From NCBI GenBank assembly GCA_018823125.1, contig JAHJIW010000010.1, forward strand, positions 26,954-90,953: a stretch of 64,000 nt of DNA, written 5' to 3'. This DNA is from Candidatus Margulisiibacteriota bacterium (GTDB lineage Bacteria; Margulisbacteria; WOR-1; JAHJIW01). Of the stretch, positions 31,428 to 41,045 are shown in pieces. The notes beneath the pieces are model-generated. The model worked only from the letters and a program-made list of their open reading frames with translations. It was not told where the DNA came from and ran no database searches. Every line of letters begins with the position of its first letter. The first letter of the stretch is position 1. The translations under genes and the position numbers were made by a program.

Positions 31428-33041
31428 CTAGTGCTTAAAGTGTCTTCTGCCGGTAAACACCATGACCATGCCGTGTTGATTGGCGGCATCAATGGATTCT
31501 TGATCTCTTTTCGATCCACCCGGCTGAATAATGGCGGAGATGCCGTATTTGGCCGCAAACTCTACTACATCTTTAAACGGGAAAAAGGCATCCGAAGCCA
31601 ATACGGATCCTTTTACCTCTTCACCAGATTTATTAACTGCCAGGCCCGCCGCATCAATCCGGCTCATCTGGCCAGCCCCTACCCCCAACACTTTACTATT
31701 TTTAGCGATCACGATCGCATTAGACTTAACGTGTTTACAAACACCCCAGGCAAAAAACAGATCTTCCATCTCTCCCAGTGAAGGTTGTTTAGTAGTAGCA
31801 ACTTTTATATCATTAATGGCTAACTGAATGGTATCCGCATCCTGGATCAAAAGACCTCCCGAAACTCTTTTGTAATCATAACCCCGAAACGGACGCTTCA
31901 ATGATTCCTTGCCCATTTCAATAATGCGGAGGTTTTTCTTTTGTTTAAAAATGGCCAGCGCTCCTTTTGAAAATGCGGGAGCAATGATCACTTCAATAAA
32001 TAATGAAGACATTTCTTTAGCGGCAGCTTCGTCCACTTCGCGGTTGCAGGCCACAATTGATCCGAAAGCTGAAACCGGATCCCCCTCCAGGGCTCTTTTG
32101 TACGCAATGGTTAAGTTTTCGGCTTCCGCCAAACCGCAAGGATTAGTATGTTTAATAATGGCAACGCAGGGTTTAGCAAAATAAGTAGCGGCAGCCCAGG
32201 CCGCATCCATATCCACAATATTATTAAATGATAATTCTTTACCGTGCAACTGCTCACCATTAGTGATGCCGATTCCGTATTCTTTGTTGCCGATGCCGAT
32301 TTCTTTATAAAAAGCTGCTTTTTGGTGAGGATTTTCTCCGTAGCGCAGTCCCTGAATTTTTTCTAAAGTAATGTCAACAAATTTAGGGAAAGTAGAATCC
32401 GGAATTTCATCTTTAGAACGCAGGTAAGCATAAATCAAAGAATCGTAGCGTGCGGTGTGCTCAAACGCTTTGCGCGCCAGATCTTCGCGTACAGAGTAAG
32501 AAATTTCACCATTATTACGTTTTAATTCGGATAAAACTACTTTGTAATCTGAAGGATCAACTACAATTGCCACGTTACTATAATTTTTTGCAGATGCCCT
32601 GACCATGGTCGGTCCGCCGATATCAATATTTTCAATGGCCTCTTCGTGGGTAAATGAATCTTTGCGTAATACTTTTTCGAAAGGATATAAATTGCAGACT
32701 ACGATATCGATCGGGCGGATTTTATACTTTTTCATATCCTTAACATGCTCTGGATTATTGCGGTCGGCTAAAATCCCACCATGAATTTTGGGGTGTAAAC
32801 TTTTAACCCGCCCGTCAAACATGTGCGGCGAACCGGTGACATCCTCAACCGTTAAGATGCGCAGCTTAGCTTTGCGCAGCGCCCGCGACGTTCCACCGGT
32901 AGAAACAATATTATAACCATATTGTTTTAATTCTCGTACAAATTTTTCGATACCGGTTTTATCCGAAACTGAAACCAGGGCTAATTTTTTTTCTTTTTTT
33001 ACCGTTTTCTTTTTATTTGCTCGTTTCTTCTTCCTTGGCAT
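31428..33041 (-). CDS. purH: bifunctional AICAR transformylase / IMP cyclohydrolase
   Basis: 537 aa. MGS-like domain (ALVSVSDKTGIEKFVREL...VSTGGT) plus AICARFT domain. Unusual 20-aa Lys-rich N-terminal extension. Confidence 0.9.
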   Translation of the reverse strand: MPRKKKRANKKKTVKKEKKLALVSVSDKTGIEKFVRELKQYGYNIVSTGGTSRALRKAKLRILTVEDVTGSPHMFDGRVKSLHPKIHGGILADRNNPEHVKDMKKYKIRPIDIVVCNLYPFEKVLRKDSFTHEEAIENIDIGGPTMVRASAKNYSNVAIVVDPSDYKVVLSELKRNNGEISYSVREDLARKAFEHTARYDSLIYAYLRSKDEIPDSTFPKFVDITLEKIQGLRYGENPHQKAAFYKEIGIGNKEYGIGITNGEQLHGKELSFNNIVDMDAAWAAATYFAKPCVAIIKHTNPCGLAEAENLTIAYKRALEGDPVSAFGSIVACNREVDEAAAKEMSSLFIEVIIAPAFSKGALAIFKQKKNLRIIEMGKESLKRPFRGYDYKRVSGGLLIQDADTIQLAINDIKVATTKQPSLGEMEDLFFAWGVCKHVKSNAIVIAKNSKVLGVGAGQMSRIDAAGLAVNKSGEEVKGSVLASDAFFPFKDVVEFAAKYGISAIIQPGGSKRDQESIDAANQHGMVMVFTGRRHFKH

Positions 33042-33054
33042 TTTTACTTCCTTT

Positions 33055-33669
33055 CTACTTCAAAACCACTCTTCTGCCTTCAATTATTAATTTATCCTCA
33101 GCAATCAACCGGATCGCCTGAGGATAAATTACATGTTCCTGCTCTAAAATTCGGGCAGAGAGTGTTGCTACCGTATCCTTTTCCTTAACCGGAACCGCAG
33201 ACTGAATGATGATGGGTCCGGTATCGCAGCCCTCGTCTACGTAGTGGACGGTGGCGCCAGTGATGGTGACCCCGTGATCGAGCGCTGCTTTTTGCACATC
33301 GAGTCCCGGGAAAGACGGCAACAATGACGGATGGATATTAATCATTTTTCCAAAGTAATGCTCGAGCAGCACCGGTCCTACAATCCGCATGTAGCCGGCT
33401 AAACAAACTAAATCAACTTTATGCTCTTTTAAAACTTTAATGATTTCTAGTTCGTAAGTATTTTTATCTTTAAACTTTTTAGGTTCAAAAACGGCGGTAG
33501 CAATATTATGTTTTTTAGCACGCTCTAAAGCATAGGCATCCGGTTTATTACTAATTACTACTTCAACTTTGGCCTTGCCTTTTAAGACACCCGATTCAAT
33601 ACTATCAATAATTGCTTGAAGGTTTGAACCTCTACCTGACACTAAAACGGCAAGTTTTAACACAGACAA
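33055..33669 (-). CDS. purN: phosphoribosylglycinamide formyltransferase
   Basis: 204 aa. Formyltransferase motif INIHPSLLP. Confidence 0.9.
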   Translation of the reverse strand: MSVLKLAVLVSGRGSNLQAIIDSIESGVLKGKAKVEVVISNKPDAYALERAKKHNIATAVFEPKKFKDKNTYELEIIKVLKEHKVDLVCLAGYMRIVGPVLLEHYFGKMINIHPSLLPSFPGLDVQKAALDHGVTITGATVHYVDEGCDTGPIIIQSAVPVKEKDTVATLSARILEQEHVIYPQAIRLIAEDKLIIEGRRVVLK

Positions 33670-34685
33670 ACTCCTTTTTGACCATCGATTATCTCGCCAA
33701 TCACGTAAGCTTTTTCTTTATTATTTTTAAGGATACGAATGGTTGAGCTCACATCTTTTTTAGCTACCACCACCACCATTCCAATCCCCATATTAAAAGT
33801 TTTATACATCTCAGCATCAGAAATTTCACCAATGTCTTGTAAAACCTCAAATATTGGTAAGGCCGGCCAGCTATCTTTTCCGATACAAGCTCCCAATTTT
33901 TTATTGGGAAGAATACGAGCTACATTTTCGGGGAATCCCCCACCCGTAATATGGGCCATCCCTTTGACATTAACTTTCTTCAAAAGATTAAGTAAAGATT
34001 TAGCATAAATTTTGGTAGGCGTTAATAATGCTTCCCCCAGTGTAGATTTTAACTCGGGCAAACGTGTAGTAACTTTCATTTTCCCAACATCAAAAAATAC
34101 TTTACGCACTAAACTGTAACCATTACTGTGGAATCCAGAAGAAGCAATCCCAATGATTACATCACCTTTTTTGATTCTGGATCCATTGATATAATTTTTC
34201 TTCTCAACTGCACCGACCGCAAAGCCCGCCAGGTCATACTCCCCTTTGGCATAAAAATCGGGCATCTCAGCGGTTTCGCCGCCGATTAAAGCACAACCGG
34301 CTAATTTACACCCTTTAGTAATTCCTTTTAAGATTTGCGCCGTAGTGCGCGGTTTAATTTTTCCGGTGGCAATATAATCTAAAAAGAAAAGCGGTTTGGC
34401 TCCACAGGTAACCACATCATCTACGTTCATGGCTACCAGATCAATCCCCACCGTATCGTGTTTATCCATCATGATTGCAATTTTAAGTTTGGTGCCCACC
34501 CCATCGGCCCCAGATATCAGCAGTGGGTTTTTATAACCAGACAACGAGTACGCCGCCCCAAAACCGCCAATACTACTTAAAACATTTCGGTCGAAAGTAG
34601 TTTTGGCCAAAGCCTTCGCCTGGCGCACTACCCCATATCCAGCTTCAATATCCACACCGGATTTTTTATAAGTTAATCCACTCAT
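33657..34685 (-). CDS. purM: phosphoribosylformylglycinamidine cyclo-ligase (AIR synthetase)
   Basis: The ORF extends to 34736, but the conserved PurM N-terminus (MSGLTYKKSGVDIEAG) begins at the Met at 34685. That start abuts the upstream zinc-ribbon ORF stop. Confidence 0.9.
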   Translation of the reverse strand: MSGLTYKKSGVDIEAGYGVVRQAKALAKTTFDRNVLSSIGGFGAAYSLSGYKNPLLISGADGVGTKLKIAIMMDKHDTVGIDLVAMNVDDVVTCGAKPLFFLDYIATGKIKPRTTAQILKGITKGCKLAGCALIGGETAEMPDFYAKGEYDLAGFAVGAVEKKNYINGSRIKKGDVIIGIASSGFHSNGYSLVRKVFFDVGKMKVTTRLPELKSTLGEALLTPTKIYAKSLLNLLKKVNVKGMAHITGGGFPENVARILPNKKLGACIGKDSWPALPIFEVLQDIGEISDAEMYKTFNMGIGMVVVVAKKDVSSTIRILKNNKEKAYVIGEIIDGQKGVCLC

Positions 34686-34689
34686 TTTA

Positions 34690-34887
34690 TTACCTCGCTG
34701 ATTCAGCCGTCGCGATACCGTAATAAACATCTCCACCGCGCAATACTACAAAGAATCGGCAATCATTATTGGTACAAGCCCAAGCTTTGTAGCGGATAGA
34801 AACTGAATTATTTGAAAAGTCTGAAAGTGGAACCATTTGTCCACCACATTTGTTACATTTTGGGAAACATCCGCACTTATCTGCCAT
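34690..34887 (-). CDS. small Cys-rich zinc-ribbon-like protein (65 aa) embedded in the pur operon
   Basis: MADKCGCFPKCNKCGG...ACTNNDC with 8 Cys. Strong GGGAGGTGA RBS 7 nt upstream of the ATG at 34887. Stop lies 4 nt before the purM ATG. Confidence 0.5.
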   Translation of the reverse strand: MADKCGCFPKCNKCGGQMVPLSDFSNNSVSIRYKAWACTNNDCRFFVVLRGGDVYYGIATAESAR

Positions 34888-34913
34888 GCTCAAGTCACCT
34901 CCCTTTTAACTTA

Positions 34914-36365
34914 CTAAAATAAAGCTTCTTTTTGACCGGTATCCTGAAACGCCGGGTCATCCTGAAATAACAATTTTAAACTTTCCATGCGTTCCGGAAT
35001 TTTTACCGGATACTGTCCGTTGAAACAAGCCATGCAAATATTGTTATGCGGCAGGGCCACCGCTTTTACTAAACTATCCATACTTAAATATCCCAAAGAT
35101 TCTACTCCCAGATATTTTCTGATTCCTTCCACACTTAGATTAGCCGCCACCAGTTCGGCCTTGGTCGGCGTATCGATACCATAGTAACAAGGACTGATAA
35201 CCGGTGGAGAAGAAATCCTAAGGTGCACTTCACGCGCTCCGGCATCCCGAATTAACTTAACTAACTGCCGCGAAGTGGTCCCCCTTACAATTGAATCGTC
35301 GATCACTATCACTTTTTTTCCGCGCACTGCATCCCGAATTGGATTTAATTTTATCTTTACCCCTAAATCCCTGATTTCCTGACTGGGCTGAATGAAAGTT
35401 CGGCCCACGTAGCGATTTTTGATGAGTCCTTCACCAAACGGAATGCCTGACTCCACGGCAAAACCAATCGCGGCCGGAATCCCGGATTCGGGAACCGGCA
35501 TGACCATATCGGCTTTAACCGGATGTTCTTTAGCTAAAGATTTTCCCATTTGATAACGCGCTTCATAAACATTGCGTCCGCTTAAAACGCTGTCCGGTCT
35601 GGCAAAATAGATATACTCAAAAATACAAAGTGCTTCTTTTTCTCCCCGGGACCAGGTTTTAGAGCGCAACCCGTCCTTATCAATTACTACAATTTCACCG
35701 TTAGCAACATCTCTTACAAACTGGGCACCTACAATGTCTAACGCGCAGGTTTCGGAGGCCACCACATAAGCATTGCTTAACTTTCCAATACTTAGCGGAC
35801 GAATGCCGTTGGGATCTCGAGCGGCAATAAGTTTATCCTGCGTAAGCACTACCAGAGAAAAAGCTCCCTTGCATTGTTTTAAAGTATCTACCAGAGCATT
35901 TTCAAAATCATCACTACCCGAAGTAGCAATCATCGAAGCCATTATCTCTGAATCGGTGGTGCCGACAAAGCTCATCCCGCTTTCTTTGAGACGAGCGCGT
36001 AATTCAGTTGAGTTGATTAAATTTCCGTTATGGGCCAAAGCAATCGGACCATACTTGGTATCAATCACGATGGGTTGAGCATTTTCGATAGCCGTAGACC
36101 CGGTAGTAGAATACCTTACGTGGCCGACTGCAATTTTACCTTTTAATTTTTGTAAAGCTTTTTCATTGAATACCTGATTAACTAATCCTAAGTCTTTATG
36201 GCACTTAATATCTCCCCCGCTGGTGGCCGCAATCCCCGCCGACTCCTGCCCGCGGTGCTGCAGCGCAAAAAGACCATAGTAAACCCGCTTTGCCGGAGAA
36301 TCCTCCTCAAAGTTATAGATTCCGAATACGCCGCAATGATCTTTTATTTTAGACTCTATATTCAT
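34914..36365 (-). CDS. purF: amidophosphoribosyltransferase
   Basis: 483 aa. N-terminal nucleophile MCGVFGIY (class II GATase). PRTase motif VIVIDDSIVRGTT. Confidence 0.9.
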   Translation of the reverse strand: MNIESKIKDHCGVFGIYNFEEDSPAKRVYYGLFALQHRGQESAGIAATSGGDIKCHKDLGLVNQVFNEKALQKLKGKIAVGHVRYSTTGSTAIENAQPIVIDTKYGPIALAHNGNLINSTELRARLKESGMSFVGTTDSEIMASMIATSGSDDFENALVDTLKQCKGAFSLVVLTQDKLIAARDPNGIRPLSIGKLSNAYVVASETCALDIVGAQFVRDVANGEIVVIDKDGLRSKTWSRGEKEALCIFEYIYFARPDSVLSGRNVYEARYQMGKSLAKEHPVKADMVMPVPESGIPAAIGFAVESGIPFGEGLIKNRYVGRTFIQPSQEIRDLGVKIKLNPIRDAVRGKKVIVIDDSIVRGTTSRQLVKLIRDAGAREVHLRISSPPVISPCYYGIDTPTKAELVAANLSVEGIRKYLGVESLGYLSMDSLVKAVALPHNNICMACFNGQYPVKIPERMESLKLLFQDDPAFQDTGQKEALF

Positions 36366-37650
36366 CGGTCCAACATGAAGTACAGATTTGGTCCAAAGGT
36401 TTCCCTAAAGCTTTGCCTAAATCTTCCAGTGTATTATAAGCCAAGCCTTCGACATTGATATATTCTCTCACCTGTTCAACTGTTTTTTGGTGCGCCGCTA
36501 ATTCTTTTTTAGTACGCGTGGCTACGCCATATTTACAAGGAGCTTTCAGCGGCGGACAGGCTACCCGCACGTGAATATCTTTTGCGCCATTTTTTCTTAA
36601 TTTCACCACTAAATCATTTTTCATCTGCGTTCCTCTGACAATTGAATCATCACAGATGACTAAGCTGCGATCCTTAATTTTGGCTGGAACCGGAACCAGC
36701 TTTACTTTGGCTTCACGATCCCGCTCTGCCTGGGTCGGCTGCGTATAACTGCGGCTGGCATAATCGTATTTAATAAATGCATTATCAAAGGGAATTTTTG
36801 ACTCCTGCGCATAACCAATGGCATGCCCAATTCCAGAATTGGGCACCGCCGTTACAATATCAACATCGACCGGATAGCGTTTGGCCAGCGCGGCTCCTAA
36901 ATTGCGGCGCGCAATATCCACCGATAAGCCATCGATGGTGGAAGCCACGTTAGCGGTATAAATCCATTCAAAAGCACAGTGTTGAGTAAACTCAGCCGGA
37001 ATAATTTTTACGGTGGTATATTTTGAATCTTCGATTTCTAATATTTCTCCCGGTTTTACGTCGCGATCAATGGAAAATCCTAAGTTTTCAAAAGAACAAG
37101 ATTCCGAAGAAATCGCCACCGCCCCAGCTCTTTTTCCAATGATCATCGGCCGGAAAGCATACTTATCCCGAGCCGCATAAATCTTGCCTTTGGATAAAAT
37201 GACCAAAGCGTAGGCTCCGCGGATTTTGGCCGCCATCTTCTCAATACCATCCACAAAGTTATCTCCCTGCGCAATCAATTTGGCAATCACTTCGATATCA
37301 GAATCGGTATAAAAAGAATGTCCTTGTTTTTTTAATTCATCAATGAGCTCGGCCAGGTTAATAACGTTGCCCTCAAAACAAATGGTATATTCACCCATTT
37401 TAGAATCTAATTTAATCGGCTGCCGGTCTTTTAATGCGGTATGGCCAATACCGATAGTCCCTTCCATGCCACCTAAATCATTGGTAAAGGTAGCTCTGAC
37501 CAAACCACGGTGCGTACGGATATTAATTTTTCCGTCCGCATAAGTGGAAAGCCCGCAGTACTGCTGCCCGCGATGCTGAAGATAAAAAACTCCCAGAAAC
37601 AAATCATCAATTATATTTTCCTTAGACGAAATCGCAAAAATTCCACACAT
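36349..37650 (-). CDS. amidophosphoribosyltransferase paralog (PurF-like, class II GATase plus PRTase)
   Basis: 433 aa. N-terminal MCGIFAI. PRTase motif LVICDDSIVRGTQ. Lies in tandem upstream of purF with a 17-nt overlap. Confidence 0.75.
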   Translation of the reverse strand: MCGIFAISSKENIIDDLFLGVFYLQHRGQQYCGLSTYADGKINIRTHRGLVRATFTNDLGGMEGTIGIGHTALKDRQPIKLDSKMGEYTICFEGNVINLAELIDELKKQGHSFYTDSDIEVIAKLIAQGDNFVDGIEKMAAKIRGAYALVILSKGKIYAARDKYAFRPMIIGKRAGAVAISSESCSFENLGFSIDRDVKPGEILEIEDSKYTTVKIIPAEFTQHCAFEWIYTANVASTIDGLSVDIARRNLGAALAKRYPVDVDIVTAVPNSGIGHAIGYAQESKIPFDNAFIKYDYASRSYTQPTQAERDREAKVKLVPVPAKIKDRSLVICDDSIVRGTQMKNDLVVKLRKNGAKDIHVRVACPPLKAPCKYGVATRTKKELAAHQKTVEQVREYINVEGLAYNTLEDLGKALGKPLDQICTSCWTDEYRV

Positions 37651-37673
37651 ACTTTTATTACTCCAATCCTTTA

Positions 37674-38093
37674 TTATTCACCGAGTAAACTCAAAACTAC
37701 CGAACGCAACCGAGCTTTATTATCGTGATCGATTACCACAATTTGCTGCCAGGTACCCAGGGTCATTGATCCGGAAACCACTGGAACAGTTAAGGATGGG
37801 CCAATGGTTGAAGCCCTAAGATGGGCATGCCCGTTCCCGTCTCCCCAGGTATCATCGTGGGCATATCTTTTTCCCTGCGGAGCCAGTCGATCACCCAACC
37901 CAACTATATCTTTAATCAATCCAGGTTCATACTCAATCGTGGTAACCGAAGCAGTAGAACCCGGAATAAAAACGGTTAATTGACCATTTTTTACTTTTGA
38001 AGCTTTTAAAAATTCTGCGGCGTCGGCGGTAATATCGATTACGTGATCATTACCTTTGGTATTTAATTTTATGGTTTTGCTCTTAGTTACCAT
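37674..38093 (-). CDS. YjbQ/UPF0047 family protein (secondary thiamine-phosphate synthase-like)
   Basis: 139 aa. Conserved YjbQ C-terminal region HAHLRASTIGPSLTVPVVSGSMTLGTWQQIVVIDHD. Confidence 0.75.
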   Translation of the reverse strand: MVTKSKTIKLNTKGNDHVIDITADAAEFLKASKVKNGQLTVFIPGSTASVTTIEYEPGLIKDIVGLGDRLAPQGKRYAHDDTWGDGNGHAHLRASTIGPSLTVPVVSGSMTLGTWQQIVVIDHDNKARLRSVVLSLLGE

Positions 38094-39802
38094 TACCCCA
38101 GAATCCCCAGCACTTCCTGTAAAACTTCTCCTTTATCAACCAGTTTCATTTCTCCGGTTGAGCGGAGTTTTAATTCGACTTTTCCTTCTTTGAGCCCCTT
38201 CGGTCCAATAATTATTTTGATCGGAAATCCGATTAAGTCCATATCTTTTAGTTTCATCCCTACTCTACCGGGACGATCATCTAAAACTACTTCAACGCCT
38301 TCAACCGAAAGTTCTTTATAAATCTTTTCGGCCACTTCGCGCTGATCTTTTTCGTCAAAATTAACCGGAATTACCGCCACTTGATACGGAGCAATGGAAA
38401 TTGGCCAGATAATTCCATCTTTATCATTTTTTTGCTCGATGGCCGCCGCCGCCGTACGACCCACCCCTACTCCATAACAACCCATGATAAAAGGTTTTTC
38501 CTGATTATTTTCATCAATGAAGTTGGCCTTCATTTTTTTGCTGTATTTTGTTCCTAGTTTAAAAATATGACCGACTTCGATTCCTCTTTTAACTTTTAAT
38601 TTACTATTTTTACAACGCGGACAGACGTCGTGTTCTAAAGCATAACGAAGATCGGCGACGACATCGGCTTTATAATCCCGGCCATAAACAACTCCAGTTA
38701 AATGAAAATCTTGTTCGTTGGCACCAGTAACTCCATTTTCGATTAAAAGGACGGCATGATCAGCTACAATTTTTACGTTTTTCAACTTAACTGGACCGGC
38801 AAATCCCAGCGGAGCCCCGGTTACTTTTTTAATTACTTTTTCATCCGCTAATTTCAAGTCTTCAACCGCTAATACTTTTTTAAGTTTAGCTTCGTTTAAC
38901 TCGTGATCTCCTCTAACTAAAGCGGCAACCGGTCCACTTTCGGTTTCGTAGATTAAGGTTTTAATCATTTGGGCTGGTTTAACTTTTAGAAACTGGGCTA
39001 CCTCTTCGATGGTTTTTTGATCGGGGGTTTTTACTTTTTCGGGTTTTCCGTCTGATTTTGTTTGCGTTTCTGAAACTACGTATTCGGCCACTCCCGCGGC
39101 ATCACGGCTGGCACAATAATCACAACCTTCACAGAAATAAACCGGCTCTTCACCGGTATCGGCAATCACCATGAACTCCTGAGAATATCCTCCGCCAATC
39201 GCACCCGAATCAGCCTCCACCACTTTATACTCAAGACCTAACCGGTCAAAAATTCGGCAATAAGCCTGATACATATTTTGATATTCTTGATCTAAGCTTT
39301 CTTCGGTTGCGTGGAAACTATAAGCATCTTTCATGCCAAATTCCCGGCTGCGCATCACACCAAAACGCGGACGGATTTCATCTCTGAATTTATTTTGAAT
39401 TTGATACAGATTAACCGGCAGTTGTTTATATGAATTGATTGAATTTCTAACCAGATCGGTAATGATTTCTTCGTGAGTGGGTCCCAAACAAAATTCGCGG
39501 TCGTGGCGATCTTTAATGCGGAATAATTCTTTACCGTAAACGCCCCAGCGTCCGGTTTCTTTCCAGAGTTCGGCTGGTAAAAGGGCAGGCATGAAAACTT
39601 CCTGGGCACCGGCACGGTTCATTTCTTCGCGGATAATTTGTTCAACTTTTCTTAAGACTCGATAACCGAGGGGTAAAAATGTGTAAACTCCCGCCGCCAG
39701 CTTCCTGATCATCCCCGCCCGAAGCATCAATTGGTGACTTATGACCTCCGCCTCTTTGGGAACTTCCCTGAGGGTCGGAACTAACATCCTCGTCATCAAC
39801 AT
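38093..39802 (-). CDS. proS: prolyl-tRNA synthetase (bacterial type with editing domain)
   Basis: 569 aa. N-terminus LMLRAGMIRKLAAGVYTFLPLG. Class II motifs. INS editing domain. C-terminal anticodon-binding domain. Confidence 0.95.
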   Translation of the reverse strand: MLMTRMLVPTLREVPKEAEVISHQLMLRAGMIRKLAAGVYTFLPLGYRVLRKVEQIIREEMNRAGAQEVFMPALLPAELWKETGRWGVYGKELFRIKDRHDREFCLGPTHEEIITDLVRNSINSYKQLPVNLYQIQNKFRDEIRPRFGVMRSREFGMKDAYSFHATEESLDQEYQNMYQAYCRIFDRLGLEYKVVEADSGAIGGGYSQEFMVIADTGEEPVYFCEGCDYCASRDAAGVAEYVVSETQTKSDGKPEKVKTPDQKTIEEVAQFLKVKPAQMIKTLIYETESGPVAALVRGDHELNEAKLKKVLAVEDLKLADEKVIKKVTGAPLGFAGPVKLKNVKIVADHAVLLIENGVTGANEQDFHLTGVVYGRDYKADVVADLRYALEHDVCPRCKNSKLKVKRGIEVGHIFKLGTKYSKKMKANFIDENNQEKPFIMGCYGVGVGRTAAAAIEQKNDKDGIIWPISIAPYQVAVIPVNFDEKDQREVAEKIYKELSVEGVEVVLDDRPGRVGMKLKDMDLIGFPIKIIIGPKGLKEGKVELKLRSTGEMKLVDKGEVLQEVLGILG

Positions 39803-39835
39803 GCGCCCAATACCGATCCTTTTTTCAAATTTATC

Positions 39836-39869
39836 CCAAAAAATTAACCCCTAAAGCTAGGGGTTAATT
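39836..39869 (-). terminator. intrinsic terminator after the lipoprotein-arfB-glyQS transcription unit
   Basis: Minus-strand AATTAACCCCT-AGCTTT-AGGGGTTAATT followed by TTTTT. A -10-like TATAAT for proS lies just upstream. Confidence 0.65.
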
Positions 39870-39900
39870 ACGGGCGCATTATAGCATAATATTTCGGTTA

Positions 39901-40611
39901 CTACCGGTAATTTTTCATGAAGCCCTTCATGCGTTCCTGCATGAATTTTTCCTGGCTGACAATTTTAGTTCCTTTGGGTAAAGTTACCTCTGATTCGGAA
40001 ACTTTTCCGCCGACTTCAACCTTGGTATAGATAATTTCCATATAGTCTCCAGCTTGAACAACTTTCACTTTTAAAGGTATTTGATCTTTATCCCTTAACC
40101 AAGCGTAAACCTCGCTTTTTTGTTCGCTTTTTTTGGCGCTGTCTACCGGCAGGCCGCCGCGATAAACACCCGTATAATTAAACTTATATTTGGTGCACAT
40201 TTGACCGTTTATTTTTTCTTTGCCAACTTTTTGAGCATTGTATTTTTTTAATTCTGCTTCAATTTTTAAAGGGTTATCAATTTTTTCTTTTTCGGACCGG
40301 TCAATTTTAATTTCGTAGGCCATTTTTGATTTGGAGTCGTATGTATAAACTGCTTTGGGGGTCATATAATTTATAGTTGTACTATCCATTCCCGGAATAT
40401 TGAAAGCCATCTTAGTTTCGACGCACTGCTTGTCCCCTTTCATGACCATTTTATTAGTACTAATAATCATGGATTTACCTTTTTGATAACCTTTAATGGT
40501 TGAGTTAAATCTACCAGTGGTAAATTTTATTTTGGCCTCTTCTTTTCCAAAACATCCGGCTAATAAGACCACTAATAACAAAACCATAATCAAGCCCATA
40601 AACTTTTTCAT
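39901..40611 (-). CDS. hypothetical lipoprotein (possible LolA-like/DUF4412-type fold)
   Basis: Lipobox LLAGC after a signal peptide. The ATG at 40611 has an AAGGAGG RBS; the ORF extends to a GTG at 40641. Lys-rich periplasmic domain. The fold assignment is tentative. Confidence 0.5.
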   Translation of the reverse strand: MKKFMGLIMVLLLVVLLAGCFGKEEAKIKFTTGRFNSTIKGYQKGKSMIISTNKMVMKGDKQCVETKMAFNIPGMDSTTINYMTPKAVYTYDSKSKMAYEIKIDRSEKEKIDNPLKIEAELKKYNAQKVGKEKINGQMCTKYKFNYTGVYRGGLPVDSAKKSEQKSEVYAWLRDKDQIPLKVKVVQAGDYMEIIYTKVEVGGKVSESEVTLPKGTKIVSQEKFMQERMKGFMKNYR

Positions 40612-40624
40612 CTTTTCCTCCTTA

Positions 40625-41044
40625 TTAATATTCGCCTTCACTCGGTGGTTTTCTAAATTTTTTCTTTTTGGACTGGATTTTTTTTTGCTGCAGCATTTTT
40701 TCCTTGGATCGCCTAGATCGTTTTCTTTTTTGACGCCTAATTTTTTCGATACGGCGGCGTTCGGCGCTTTTTTTACCTAGAATTTGAGATTCGATTTTAT
40801 CCACTAAAATACGGCGGGCTAAAAATCGATTGAGGGCTTGGGATCTTTCCCGGGCACACTTAACTTCAATCCCGGTTGGAATATGTTTTAAATAAACACA
40901 GGTGGCCGTTTTATTAACATTTTGCCCACCGGCCCCGCCCGACCGGATAAACTTTTCGATAATATCTGATTCGTTAATCCCCAAACGCTGCATTTTGGCT
41001 TTTAACTTATCTTGTTTATCCTGGCTGACAAAATGATCAAACAT
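40625..41044 (-). CDS. arfB: alternative ribosome-rescue factor ArfB (peptidyl-tRNA hydrolase, RF-1 domain with GGQ)
   Basis: 139 aa. GGAGGQNVNKT motif. Long basic C-terminal tail. Confidence 0.85.
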   Translation of the reverse strand: MFDHFVSQDKQDKLKAKMQRLGINESDIIEKFIRSGGAGGQNVNKTATCVYLKHIPTGIEVKCARERSQALNRFLARRILVDKIESQILGKKSAERRRIEKIRRQKRKRSRRSKEKMLQQKKIQSKKKKFRKPPSEGEY

Positions 41045-41045
41045 A

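Noticed and set aside
33657-34736. Longer PurM ORF overlapping the zinc-ribbon mini-gene by 47 nt
   Set aside because: The conserved PurM N-terminus (xxGLTYKxxGVDIxAG) begins at the internal Met at 34685, so the upstream 17 codons are unlikely to be translated.
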